Assembly (NCBI GenBank): GCA_028818155.1
Contig: JAPPOH010000005.1
Span: 29,943 to 93,942 of the forward strand
Reading direction: 5' to 3'
Length of the DNA: 64,000 nucleotides
DNA from: Candidatus Woesearchaeota archaeon
GTDB lineage: Archaea > Nanobdellota > Nanobdellia > Woesearchaeales > UBA525
Numbering within the stretch: the stretch's first letter is position 1; every line of letters starts with the position of its first letter. A model generated the notes under the pieces. The model ran no database searches and was not told the DNA's origin. It worked only from the letters and a program-made list of their open reading frames with translations. Shown here piece after piece: positions 22,601 through 34,000 of this stretch. The translations under genes and the position numbers were made by a program.

Positions 22601-25050
22601 ACACCAAATGTGTCAGTTATCGTCGAGTTGAACAATATGTACTCGCTTTGATTGATCGATGTGTCGTTGATGACTCCATCTGTTATCGACGGGGTTACAT
22701 TATTCACATGAACAGTGAAATTATGCACAGAGAAATCACTATTCGCATGCGTATCAATACATTGCACGTTCCAGACGTACGTTCCATCTGCAAGACTCAG
22801 TACTGTGATATTTGTAGTTGTTGCAACAGGAACATCTGTGGCACTCGCATTCGGCGCCCATGAGCCAGTACTATTCGTATAGAGTGTACATGTCGCAAGC
22901 ACCGCATCGTAGTTATCAGTTGCTGAGAAGTCAAAGTCAACATTGTTGTCATTCACTTCAGTGTTATTTCCAGGTGCAAGGAGTGTGACGACAGGTGCTG
23001 TGAAATCACACACACCATCCCAACGGCTCCCATTACTATGATATGTTGAGAAGAGTGCATCATCTGTGTCATTCGTGTATGCAATAGCAAACGTATTGTT
23101 ACATAACCCTGTATTAAGGTGGGAATTCCAGCCAGTCACACCTATTAGTTCGTATGTAGTATCGGGAGAGCTCGTCACAATGAACGGAGCTGTGACTTCA
23201 CTTCCCGTTTGGTTGTATACTGCAGCTTTGATTGTTCCATCAGATGTATCTTGCCAGGCAACGACAAAATGACTTTGCGAGGCATTGTTAATTTCCGCGA
23301 TATCAACACGACTATCTGTTCCAGCATTCGCATCAATCTGTGTGTTACCAAGTAACGTCGTGAACGTGAGACCATTCGGCCGTCGTATACCAATGAAAAT
23401 GTCATCAACATTCGAATCATAGTAGACATACGCAAACGTATCATCCTGCAAGTGCGTCACAGCAACTTGCCCTGTTTCTCCAACATTCGTGTCAACATCC
23501 TGATTGTTTCCTCTTGAAAGCCCATCTGCAGCAACCCACCGTAGTGTCGCGTCATTCGGCGGATCATCAAATCTGATATAGATCCAGTGCGAACTGTTCA
23601 CTTCTGCACAGTCGACAAGATTCTGCAGTGTGAGTGCAGGAGCAATATTCCCGTCAACATTCCATTCATTTCGAATTTGTGCTCCATCATTCCCCCATAT
23701 CTCAAGGTCAGCATCTCCATCAGCAGTATTCGCCCAAACAATGCCGAATTCACTTCCAATTTGACAGAGTCCAACATCCATATTCGCTCCGATATTCGGA
23801 TCAACTTGGGTTTCCCCTTGCACTTGTGTTCCAGTGCTATCATAAATAAAGAAGTCAACATCATCTTCAGGTCCATCACCCACAGCAAACACAAAGTGCG
23901 TCCTATTGATAACTTCAACAGCAACACGACTTGTCAGATCCCCTGTTGTGTCAACATCGACTTCATCCACCAATTGCGTCCCATTCGTATTCCAGATTTC
24001 AAACGAGGCATGATTGTTGGCATCCCCGTCGATGAACCCTATGACGAGTGTTGTTTCATTTAACGCAGTCAGTCCAACGTCAATCGCTTCATTATCGTCA
24101 AACGTTTCAGCAAACCCAGGATCTGTCGAATTAATTATGAAGTCATATGACTCTCCTGGTGTGATGCTTTGTGCGTACGTCCAATTTCCGTAGCATGTTT
24201 GTGCTGTGAAGTTCCATTCAACACATTTCCATAATTGCGTACCTGTCGCGTTTGAAGTTACTGTTGCGTTCGTGAAGTTCACTGCTGATGGATCAATTGC
24301 GTACATTCTCGCTGGAGCCCTCTCACGGATGATAACTCCATCACTCTCGACGGGTTCTACACCTATTTCAAGCCCTTGTTCAATCACGACATCCCGAAGC
24401 GCGATACGTTGCACGGGAGCAGAGCTAAAAATGACATCCATATCATAGTGTTCCTCACTTAATTCTGGTGTAAACTGCCCTAAGTTGATAACATTCCCTA
24501 TTTTGTCTTTTATGAGGATTCCAGAGGGCACTATCTCTTTCTTACTTGTCTTCACTTCAAGAATACGGAGCCCATCATCCATAACAGGAGGGGGGAGTGA
24601 GATTTGTGGTGTGGTGTTTGTTCTGTTCTCAGATGTATTCACTTGCACAGTAACAGGTGTTGTATTCTGCACGCTTCCATTCCCAGATATTGTAACAATC
24701 GTTCTTCTTTGTCTCGGGGGAGCTGCTGTTTCAACCTCAGCGATGGCAGTAAAGGAAATGTTCACCCGTCCTGAAACAGTAAACGCTTCAATGACATAGT
24801 CGCCAGCCTCTCGAGGAGTAAACGCGATAGAAGAACTCGGTTCTCCCATCAAGCGATACCGTTCCTCCCCGTGAACGATCGTGAGGGAGGAAATTTCACT
24901 AAGGACTCGTATGACGACAGGCGTCCCAACTTGCTGCACGTTAGAGGAGATGAAGAACACATCATTCGACACTGGCTCGCTGAGAACAGGCATAAGCAGC
25001 AGCACGCTCAGTAGTGCAATGACCATTACTCGTTGTTGCTCACCTCTCAT
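16693..25050 (-). CDS. Giant secreted adhesin-like protein (2785 aa): propeller-like domain, Ig repeats, lectin-like cassette, DUF2341-like, CARDB
   Basis: Signal peptide, Ig repeats, 'WWNTSWKKRQ', CARDB-like 'GPDLKV...ANITNQG...VTVDP.N', and a C-terminal domain shared with the 5392-aa protein. Confidence 0.92.
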   Translation of the reverse strand: MRGEQQRVMVIALLSVLLLMPVLSEPVSNDVFFISSNVQQVGTPVVIRVLSEISSLTIVHGEERYRLMGEPSSSIAFTPREAGDYVIEAFTVSGRVNISFTAIAEVETAAPPRQRRTIVTISGNGSVQNTTPVTVQVNTSENRTNTTPQISLPPPVMDDGLRILEVKTSKKEIVPSGILIKDKIGNVINLGQFTPELSEEHYDMDVIFSSAPVQRIALRDVVIEQGLEIGVEPVESDGVIIRERAPARMYAIDPSAVNFTNATVTSNATGTQLWKCVEWNFTAQTCYGNWTYAQSITPGESYDFIINSTDPGFAETFDDNEAIDVGLTALNETTLVIGFIDGDANNHASFEIWNTNGTQLVDEVDVDTTGDLTSRVAVEVINRTHFVFAVGDGPEDDVDFFIYDSTGTQVQGETQVDPNIGANMDVGLCQIGSEFGIVWANTADGDADLEIWGNDGAQIRNEWNVDGNIAPALTLQNLVDCAEVNSSHWIYIRFDDPPNDATLRWVAADGLSRGNNQDVDTNVGETGQVAVTHLQDDTFAYVYYDSNVDDIFIGIRRPNGLTFTTLLGNTQIDANAGTDSRVDIAEINNASQSHFVVAWQDTSDGTIKAAVYNQTGSEVTAPFIVTSSPDTTYELIGVTGWNSHLNTGLCNNTFAIAYTNDTDDALFSTYHSNGSRWDGVCDFTAPVVTLLAPGNNTEVNDNNVDFDFSATDNYDAVLATCTLYTNSTGSWAPNASATDVPVATTTNITVLSLADGTYVWNVQCIDTHANSDFSVHNFTVHVNNVTPSITDGVINDTSINQSEYILFNSTITDTFGVDTGLVELLFPNGTRKNYTLTQDGDTFIHTIIETNQSGIYNITLIWANDTFGQVGQNTSPGLSFEVYTSDPTPFTLLLPLSGTVSSNLQPNLSWEQTTDDTFDNYTIILDKSSDFDSPDFTYDNDPITNTSRVVDFALDANSIYYWRVVAYDVFSNSRNSTADFTYITDTLGPNLTLNLPVNATEYGTGTITFNFTTSDTNQVDNCTLYVNTTGTFDANETNTTITNGGESFITTDFAEGHYLWTVNCIDEAGNSVTSYETLNRTIIVDLTPPIVTLLVPTNNTFENETNNVQFNASANDVMSDVDFCELIINDVVEQTETTISDGVTFTFTEFLLNGQYNWTVNCTDDNGNEGTVAFFNITVSVVDADPPLITLNDPVDNEHIPQSNVTFNYTPEDATGIDRCELYIDGVLNQTCGNQVIGEAGATQVGNFTFVYITFNNTYASVPVVIATPASQNAGAAEDNNGFVPVVKDVTTTGFNVSLCSDNGAATCDTTTELEDVHYVVFDVDAIANYDWIAAGTTTGINHNGADNAVSFGKTLSGTPHVFTTTNTYNQNTGEMALNAWVEGADTNASHTTVIGCVHEGVVDTCTGGDATETVGWVAITETQIVGYQNGSADITNSGWTPASFSPNFGDPIVMVTQNDDDGGQDPQYPWARNVVSSGMDFRYCEQDVADDCDTHTGELVYWGALESGNLRAPVTPACFVNNFVPNFFNATVPEGAHNWSITCVDNSTSFNSGTSVTNDFTIDLTDPTVMLNAPSDGALVGASITFNYTGNDTNLNNCSLYTNETGSWIAVQVNTTPLNGQPSVFVRSIVDGTYIWNVLCEDQSGRGSFDSSNRTIIVDTSPPTYTSNTTDPASPATYSSGALYEFNATWIDNVAVDTVLLEHNFTGALINETVALSVSNIYNYTISDLAGGTYRYRWYANDTSNNINQTPLHTYIINKATGSINLLLNNTDGNLTIIERSSVNITAALITPSAGYIEIYLNGTLLENASAPITNFTFFAEPGFYNVTAVFNETENHTSSVETHWITILDITPPIITQLSPENSSFVGTNNVVLQYNVSDSISIDNCTLFIDELENETDTSVTVGATEEFNVYLEDGNYTWRVQCYDVQSNFNTSFTLNFTVLKSDSINVDVTTNKLQYEVGDIANITTNTTDIFGTGLQTNVTTDIIYGNTTFKWWNTSWKKRQPLLITNQLASARTDVVVFANITGLAGNISDCVNEIRLILLNSSNVKNNYTVIPVEALGGDDDEYCEFRFLANISGGATNDEMYHVYYNNSGATDPGYAAISRTVTIMTEDFGDSSGGDGWFDTTGTNCGANLCTENSPWGNFNACIDGGDYEFCTTDDGADQAHSSTDYALRLQDLDVWAPERGVIFNMTNNNSLCGTSPCDSIRASSDFVGASLDSLSEFCTLITTDDNAATYTLLLNCTNANTTTCYTNDATPEPVDYFEIGPYDACTYAGIECNIDDVIQFNLGGRAPGNAGDHCMWDNFEVVGDKMTNANITTAFQEEEWHIYRNESETDSSGFVLMQFPTASEVFGNYSAVSEAYRSNFTNGTGWAQFEIVTDSTPPNVTLYAPPDFFESGAGSFNFTYAPYDINLDNCTFYLEQVTFDPIVTNTTPTNGENNTFYEEFVNVGVREWNVLCYDTYGNSAFAPLNFTINITGPDLKVNETDVTTSGESLVEGVNITLFANITNQGNTDTNDSIIVQFFTGGQGGDQINGNITIAELNISQSVVVNVSYILLPGVNEIFVTVDPMNTQDDANLLNNNVTINLTVEQYQIYYGNVSSGIVLHSGGDNTSYYEFGNVSNVAGHLLVADTDSAFSIVNLYALTRTEGGSPTGNDFTDADTNLNTSSFEDSLEEIWGGGTNTPLSVRGVNFTSNFVENVPYVNSTNVTAFWTGILWDSADDASANDQFDTTDEEDLVFVANINVSQAGMFGTYDYEIKVPSRLASYKGSEDTVSFFFEIV
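20494..21357 (-). repeat. Lectin-like cassette copy A (288 codons, Cys to Cys)
   Basis: High protein and nucleotide similarity to 32067-32930 and 38361-39194. For example, GTTCCTGCAGCGATCCAGTCATA is identical in all three copies. Confidence 0.9.
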
Positions 25051-28000
25051 CGTAGTTCAGTATAGAAGCTTACCGATCCACCTCCGAGTATATAGTCACG
25101 TAATGTCGCAGGAATTTTGATTTCATAATCATATATTCCATATTGTCCTGCTTGTGATTCGTTCATGATTGTCACAAACACAATGTCTTGCGATGTATTG
25201 TATGCTGAGCCACCATCACTTGTATCCCACAAGATACCTGTGACAAAGCTACTTGTGTTCGTACTATTCACAACAGGAATATCTGTGATTGTCCGCTTGA
25301 ATGATTGTAGCGTAATAGAGGCTACAGGCGCTCCTCCGCTCGTCCACGTGAGATTAACACTGTCATTCAATGATGTTGCGTTCAGTTGCTGATCAATCTC
25401 TTCGAAGTCATCATTTCCTGTGTCAGTTCCATTTGTTGTGTTTCTCCCAATTGCTTGTAGTGAGGTGAAAATCAGAGAACTATCAGTGTCAGCAACGAAG
25501 ACATTACTTCCTGTTACGTTTGTTTGATTCCATTTGAATGCGCTGATGATAGATGCATCAGATATTTTGAGCTCATTTCCACTTGTTCCTGCAAAGATTT
25601 CGAAATGCCCGACATTGAAGTCTCTGAATGCTTCGTTATTACTTTCATTTTCTTCAGCAATACTACCATTTGTCGCAAGCGGCGGATCAACAAGTACATA
25701 GATTCTATTCAAGCCAATGACTGCTGAGTGATTCATGCTGACAGTTGTATTCTCGCCAATCCCCAAACTGGCAATAGTGGCATTCCCATTGATTTGTACA
25801 CCGCCCAGATCAGGATCACCAAGGAAGAACTGCACAGTGATATTCGTAGCGTTCAAGTTTCCAATGTTAAAGACTGTTGCATTGACTTCCACTGTCTGAT
25901 TTTCGATCGGCGTGCTGTTGCTGAATGTAATATTCCCTGCATTGATTTCTAAGTCGGAAAGCTCAACGAAGAATTGCCAGGTTTCACTAATGCCTGCGTT
26001 TGTCGCATTGTCAATACATGTTGCATTCCAGAAGTGGTAGCCGCTGTTGAGATCATTCACGGTGAAATTGTGGAAACTGCCATTCGTCACGGAAACATTC
26101 ACACTCACCACAACATCGTCGAGGGTCAAGTTACAGATGAGCGGCGTGCCAAGATTGTCACTCACCGTGAAGTTCAATGTTACGCTTGTACTTGAAAGAT
26201 TAGTATCGTTTAGCGGTGTGAGGAGTGTGACATTTGGTGGTGTTACATCTACATAGATGACAATCTCAGTATCATTTACTACATGTCCTGCTTCATCAAG
26301 TGCTTGTACAATGATTGTGTGATTCCCTTCTGTAATCGCGTTGAGTGTTGCAGTAGCTTCAACGCCATTCGTGCTCGTCCCGTTTGTATTCGCCACACCA
26401 TCCACATAGATTGTGTAGTTCAGGATAGGATCAAGATTGTCCGTGATGTTGAAATCAATGCCTGGAGTTAGTGTGTTGAACCACGTGTTGTTTGCGGTCG
26501 TGGTATTCGGTACTGGTGGCGTAAGATCAACATAGAACGTCAGCACAGTACTATTGTCTATGTTTCCTAACTCATCTTCTGCCTCTACAGTGACTGTGTG
26601 TTGTCCCTCAGCCAAGTTGCTGAGATTAACAGTGTTTCTCGTATTGTTCGTAGTTGTGTTCGTATGGTTCAGTGTACCATCGAGGTAGAACGTGTAGTTG
26701 AGGTTTGCTGAGAATACATCTGTGATGTTAAACTCAATCGTTACGTTCGTGACGGCATACCATGAGTCATTCTGTGTGAGGAATGTCACGTTCGGTGCTG
26801 TTGTATCAATTCGTATAGTGAGTGGTGTTGAATTCTTGAATCGCTGTAGTGTATCATTTGCCTGTACAATGATTGTGTGCACACCATCAGCTAGTGCTGT
26901 GATGTTCAAGCTGTTGTTTTGCAGATCTTGCACGACACCGACTTGTCCGTTTGCTGTGTCATCAACATAGATAACGTAGCTGAGATTCCCTCCAGTAAAG
27001 TCACTGATGTTGAAATCAATTTGTGGCGTTGTGTCTGCTGTAATGTTATTCTCTAATGGTTGTGTAATATTAGCGAAGAGAAGACTAATATTCCTTGATG
27101 CATTATTGTTGTTCTCGACAAGCTCCCCAATCAGTCCATCAGGATCCGCGGAGACAAAGATTTCATGGTAACCAAACGTAATGTTCCAACTTACCGAGAA
27201 GATCGTGGAGCTGTTGAATGCCACAGTCTGTGTGTCGTTGCCAATAAGTGTTCCTCCCGCACTCGGTAGCCCATCCCAGAACTGTACAAGTACGTCGTTT
27301 GCTCCTGTACCGCCTATGTTGCTCACATTTGCGGTAATATTTATTGTTTCACCTAGGTCAGGATTTGTCTCGTTGAAGTTTATTCGTGATGTTTCGTTGA
27401 GGACGAGATCTGGCTGGTTGATAACGAACGACTGTGTGAGGGAGTTGTTCGTGTTTCCAAGATCATCACTGCATGTGACATTCCAGTCATGAGAACCATC
27501 TGCAAGTCCAGCTACCGTTGTATTGAAGTCAGTGTTCGCAGTTCCAGTTATGCCAGTCACTGTGATGTTGTTGCTTGCATTCGTCACGAAAAGCGAACAA
27601 TTCACAGTTGACCCAGGGTGATCAATTGGTGTCCAGTTGAATGTGACATTATTACTATTCAACGTCTCGAGGTCCAGTGGTAGATTGAGTATAATTGTCG
27701 GACCGAACAAATCAACGTAGAAAGTGTAGTTTGTGTCATTTATGCCCTCATTGCTACTCAAGTCGATACAACTAACTGTCCAATTATACTCTCCATGTGC
27801 TAGTGCTGTGAGATTAAAGTCATTCGTCACGTTATGTGATACTGTTGTGTTCGTTTGATTGTTAAGACCATTCACAATGAGTGTACAGTTCCCAATGTTC
27901 TCTGAATTGTCAGTTGGTGTGTAATTGAGCATGAATGACGTTACTGCTGCTCTCGTTCCATTCGATGGAGCGTCTAGCACTACTTTAGGCGGTTCATTCA

Positions 28001-31000
28001 CTGTGAAATTGAATGTGTCTGATGCGCCAATTCTTCCAGAATCATCAGTACAGGATACTTCCCATAGGTGAAGGCTGTCATTGATGCTGGAAATTGTCGT
28101 GTTTGCTACAGATCCATTCGGGGAGTCGATGTCTCCTGCAACAAGCACACTGTCAAGAGAGACGTTACAACTGAGAGTAGGATCGATATTGTCAATCGCA
28201 GTCCAGTTGAAGAGGATCGTACTCACAGCGAATGTTGTCCCGTTCGGATGATGTGGTTGTACTGTTGGATTTGTGAAGTCAATGTAAATAGTCCGTATTT
28301 CAGAAGCTCCTCGCACAACATCATTGTCTGTGCAGTTTACCTGCCATGTATAACTACCTTCATTCAAACTTTCTAGTGTGAAATTGTTCTCAGCATTGTT
28401 CGTTATCGTTCCATCTGTTTGGTTGTTTGATCCATCGATAATGAGTTCACAGAAACCACCAGAGTCAAAATCTGCGACACTTTGTGGAGTGTAGATGAAT
28501 GTTACGTCTCCATCACTGTCACTTGCGTTGTCATCAGGGGAATTGAGAATGACATTTACATCAGGACTCACACTGAAGTTCAGCGTTTCAGATGTATTCA
28601 CAAATCCAGTATTGTCAATGCACGTAACATTCCATGAATAGTTCCCTGCTGTGAAACCTGATCCTGTCACCACAGTTGCTGTTCCATTGTCTGCTGTGGT
28701 CGTTATATTCACATCCCCGTTCACAGTGACGTTACAGTCAAGCACAGGGTCAATATTGTCGATTGCTGTAAAGTTGAAATCGACCGTCGTCACGAAGAAT
28801 GTTGCATTGTTTGCCGGAGCATTGAGTGTAACTGTAGGCGTTCCACTATCAACGTGGAATTCTCTCACAGGAGAACCAGAACCTGAGAAACCATTTGTAT
28901 CAACACAAGTCACTGTCCAGTTATGGACGCCCTCAGGAATGCCGGTCAGATTGAATTCGTTCGGATCATCTCCGTCTTGGTTTGGAATTTCCGAGCTGTT
29001 CTTCGTTTGATTGACAATGCCATCGATAATGAGTGAGCAGTTTGAGAGGCTAGATTCGACAACGGTGTAGTTGAAGCTAATATTGCCTACTGGCGTCCCA
29101 TATCCATCCACAGGTGTGGTGAGCACGACAAGTGGGGCTGCGTCATTCGTGAAGTTCAATGTGTTGCTGATTCCTGTGTTGTTATTGTCGTCATAACATG
29201 TAACGTTCCAATAATGGAATCCATCACCAATACCTGAAACTGCGCCTGTGGTGACTGATCCATTCACTGCTGTCGTTGTATTCCAGTATGTTCCTTCATC
29301 AACACTAATGTTGCAGAAGAGTAATAGATCAACATTATCTGCAACTGTGAAGTTGAATAGAATGTCATTTGATGAGTGTACAGTTCCATCCGGATCAATC
29401 GCAGTTACAACAGGATCTGTCTCGTCAATAATTAACCTGAACGGGCCATTTGTTGCATTTCCAATGTTTCCTACAGTATCTGTGCATTGCACTGTCCAGC
29501 TATAATCACCTTCACCCATGTTCTCAATAAGGAACGATTGGTTCACCATCTCAGTAATTGTTGTATTCGTTTGATTTATCTCCCCATTAAGCAACAATGA
29601 GCAGTTTGCAATGGTTGTTCCGAGATCATTCGCAGTATAGACAAACGTGATATCCGTGACATCATCAATTGTATTATTCGGCGGAGCAAGGATTGTCACT
29701 TCTGGAGGGAAGATATCACTCGCAATGCCAAAGATTGCATGATCTACTCCGAGACTATCTGGATCTGCCACTGCCCGTCCAACAGCTGAGTAGTTTCCAA
29801 AGTCTCTCCCGGATGAATTCCAGAGGTTCGTGAAGTTCCCACCCACTCCTGATTCGTTTATGTCTTGCTGTAGGTGGATTTGATGTCCTGTAAGTATAGC
29901 TTCTATTGAGCTATAGTTCGAGAGTTCAACAACGAACGTTGTTACTGTGTTTGTGTTTGAGGCTGTTTGTTTGTCGTAGGAAAGATTCGTTCCATTTGTG
30001 AGCGTTGCAATGAGCATTGCATTCGTGTATGTTGTTCCTCCTCCTGTACTCTCCCATGTACTGATGTGGAATGTTCTGTTCAGTACAACTTCGTTTATCG
30101 CGACAGAAGTGTCAGTGCTGAAGGCAGAATCATCCACTTGTGTCACTGTCCTCCTTGGCATCTCAACCATAAACCAGTCAATCATTGCAACGCCGTTTGC
30201 CCCCACAGATCGTTCAAAGCTCACACGATCACTTCCGACAAACTCAGCCCTGACGTGGTTCTCGTCTAATCCTGTGTCATTCGCAATCGTTCGACTCATA
30301 ATGATGAAACTTCGTGTGTCATTGAATGCATTGATCACAACAGTCTCTATCGTGTCACCTGCGTCCATTGTTGCTGTTCCATTTTGAACTCGTGTTCCTT
30401 CCCATGTAACAACTTGCCATGCGACATTCGATTCGGCACCCCCTGTGAGTCGCTCAAATTCGATCTGCGTACTATTTACAAAGTGTCCTCGAACAAATGC
30501 AATATTATTGAGTGAGGTACTAGTTGAGTCTCCACTGGCAGACACAACGATGAAGCTCTTTGTCACATCAACTTCAGCAATGTCCGCTGTTGTCGTTAAC
30601 GTCCCTGACGTGAGTGTGTTATTTCCTTGTTGCATCGTAATATCCTCATGCTCAATAACTTGCCACGAAATATTCGCCGCTGCCGTACCAAGGTAGCGCG
30701 AGAAGTGCAAGTGCGTACTGTTCGTAATATTTCCTGTGAATCTATTCCCATCAGGCGATGTGTCAGCAGAATTAGCTGTGAAAAGCAAGAATGAATTTGC
30801 TACTGTAACAGGTGTTGGCAGCTCCACAATGAAATCTGCCCCCGTCCCATCAACCGTTCCTCGCTGTACATTTCCACGACTGGCTACTGTTGCATTTGCT
30901 GGCGAGCCAGATGCCCCAGTGTTATTGAAGTACGCAAAGTAGCGATCTTGGTCGAACGCATTTGCTGTGATGTTCGCAGCAAAGAACACTTCACAGTAAT

Positions 31001-34000
31001 GTGTTCCATTCCCATCTACTATTGTCCGGGGTAGTTCAACGGTTACATTGTTTTTGAATTCCACAATGCGGAGCTCTGTATCACAATCAGTGTTATATCC
31101 GTCCAGATTTGAAATATTCACGAGAACAACTTCCCCATAACGAGGGCTATTTGTTGTCTCATTGAGATCAATCGCAATACGCCTTCCCCATGACGTGTTC
31201 CACCACGGAGCACCGGTTGTTGAAGCATTTGTGTAAATGATATCTGTCGTAACATTCGTATTCAATTGTGCCCATGAGGAATTGAACACTGTCACAGTGA
31301 TATTTACAATCTCTCCCTGCTGATAATTCGACTTATCAGTCACCACCGAGATGTTTACTGGCAGCGTTATGTTTACAGTAACAAATCGAGTTTCTGACGT
31401 ATTCACATTCCCAGACGCATCACTACATGTGACGTTCCACTCATGTATTCCATTCCCCAGTGTTTGCACTCTGTTAGTTAACGTGTTGTTAGGGGCATTG
31501 AAATTCAAGTTACCACTATCAACAACACCATCAATCGTTAGATTGCATGTCATATTCGCAGAAAAGTCATCAATAGGTGTGAAATTGAAGTTGATTGCTG
31601 GAATTAGTGCAGTTGTATCGTTCAGCGGCAAACTTAAGTTGATGAACGGTGGTATTCCATCAATATTTATCGTGTATGGTCCATTATACGCGGTGCCATT
31701 CTCACCCAAGTTATCTGTACAATTCACCGTCCACGTATGCACGCCCGTAGCCATGTTGTTCACAATGAAGGAGTTGTTTCCTGGCACGGTGAGTCCGGTC
31801 GTATTAGATCGGTTAACAACATCGTCAATGATGAGCGAACAATTGCCGATGCCATCTCCATCTTGTACATAGTATGTAAAGTTGACAGTATTCCCAGACT
31901 GTGTCGTCCCATTTACAGGTACTTGTAACTCAATGAATGGCGGACCTACAATCGTGAAGTTTCTTGTTTCAGAGATATTATAGTTCCCTGCTTCATCAAC
32001 ACACGTAACATTCCAGAAGTGTAACCCATCAGGCAGTGTGAGATTTCTATTTATCATGACCTCTGCACAGCCGTCAGGAGGAGGTCCAGAGACATTTCCT
32101 TCCTCGAATGCACCCCACACCATGAGTTCAGCAGCGTGTGTGTCACACGTATCTGCAGCGTCTTGTTCGCAGTAGCGGAAGTCCATGCCGCCTGCAACAA
32201 CGCTTCGGGCCCAGCGATACTGTGTGTCTTGTCCACCAGCGTCATCGTTTTGTGCCACCATAACAATGGGTGTTGTATACGCAGGTGTGAATGTTGCCGC
32301 AGTCCACGTCGAACTTGCAATAGCAGCACTACTGTTCTGGTATCCAACGATTTGTTCGTCAGGGGTGATCGCCACCCACCCAATCGTTTCTGTTGCGTCA
32401 CTCCCTGTACAATCATTCGCTATTCCCTCGTGCACACAACCAGTGAGCCCTGTCTGTGATGTTGTCGTATCAGCATCATCAAACCAGAAGCCCATCGCCA
32501 TTTCACCAGCATTTTGCGTGTATGTTTGCATCGTTCCCCACACGTGCGGTACACCACTCAGCGTTTTCCCGAAGGACATAGTTTGTTCGACGCCATTACC
32601 TTGGATGCCTGTTGACGTTCCTGCAGCGATCCAGTCATAGCCAGCGATCGCATCAACATCAATAACAACATAATGGACGTCCTCAAGTTCAGTTGTCGTG
32701 TCACACGTCGTTGCGCCATTGTCGCTGCACAAGCTGACGTTGAATCCTGTGGTTGTTACATCTTTCACGACAGCAACGAAGCCGTTATCGTCTTCGGCTG
32801 CTCCTGCGTTCTGGCTTGCAGGCGTTGCAATCACAACAGGGGTTGATGTATACGTTCTATTGTACGTGATGTATGCGAACTGGAAATCTTCAACCTGTAC
32901 CGCACCAGCTTCACCAATCGTCTCATCACAGCTTTTATCGTATGCCCGTGCAGGTGATGGGATGTTGGAATCTTCCACCACACCATTTATGGTGATGTTA
33001 CAGAGAAGCTCAGTATCAAGGTTGTCGAAAACTGTGAAGTTTAAGCTCGCCACACCTTCTGTGAATGTGATACCGTCCGTTGTGTTGAGGAGCGCGAGCG
33101 GTCCTATAGTATCAACGGTGAAGTTTCTTGTGCTGCTGCTCCCCTCAAATCCACCAAGATCAGTGCAGTTCACACTCCACAAATGCACACCATTCGAAAT
33201 ACCAGTAATGTTAAAGAAATTCGGCTGGTTTGCTGTTACGCTTGTATTTGTTTCATTTGCTACACCATCAAGAATAAGTGTACAATTACCTATTCCAATA
33301 GGATCAACCGGTGTGTAGTTGAACAGCACAGTACTTTCATTCAAGAATGCGTTCGCTGCTGGCGCATTCAGGGTGACTGTGGGGGGTCCTGTGTTCTGTG
33401 TGAAATAGAATGTTTCGGATGTAGCACTATTTCCTGCTTGATCAATACATGTAACGCTCCAATTGTGTGTTCCATCAGGCACCGAGAAGACGGTGACGTT
33501 TGCCTGTCCGCCAACATCCGCTGCGACGTTGCTCACATTAAGGATATCGTCGATCGTCAAGTTGCAGATCAGCGTTCCTGTGAAATCATCTGTGCCGTTC
33601 CAACCAAACGTTACATTCGACGTTGGTGGGCTCGTGTTGTTTCCAGGAGTATCAAGTGCAATACTTGGTGCTACGTTGTCAATTCGCACATCAATTGTTT
33701 CATTATTCTCTGCACCAAACGTATCGTTACACTCAGCAGTTAGATTGTAGAGCGCGTTCGCAGCTACTGTCGTGTCTGACGAATTGTAGAAACTCGTTGC
33801 ATTTGCCTTTAGTGTTCCTTCAGGTCCAATACCGATGGTGTCGTTATGATAGTAGTAATCACACACATCGACACCGTTATCATCTTCCGCGCTGATATTG
33901 GAGAGTTGTGTCAACCGAATATTTGGCCGCATTCGCGTCCGCACTTCAACGTAATCTGTGAAAATATCAGCACGAGCATCAATACCTGCTGCAGTTGTTT

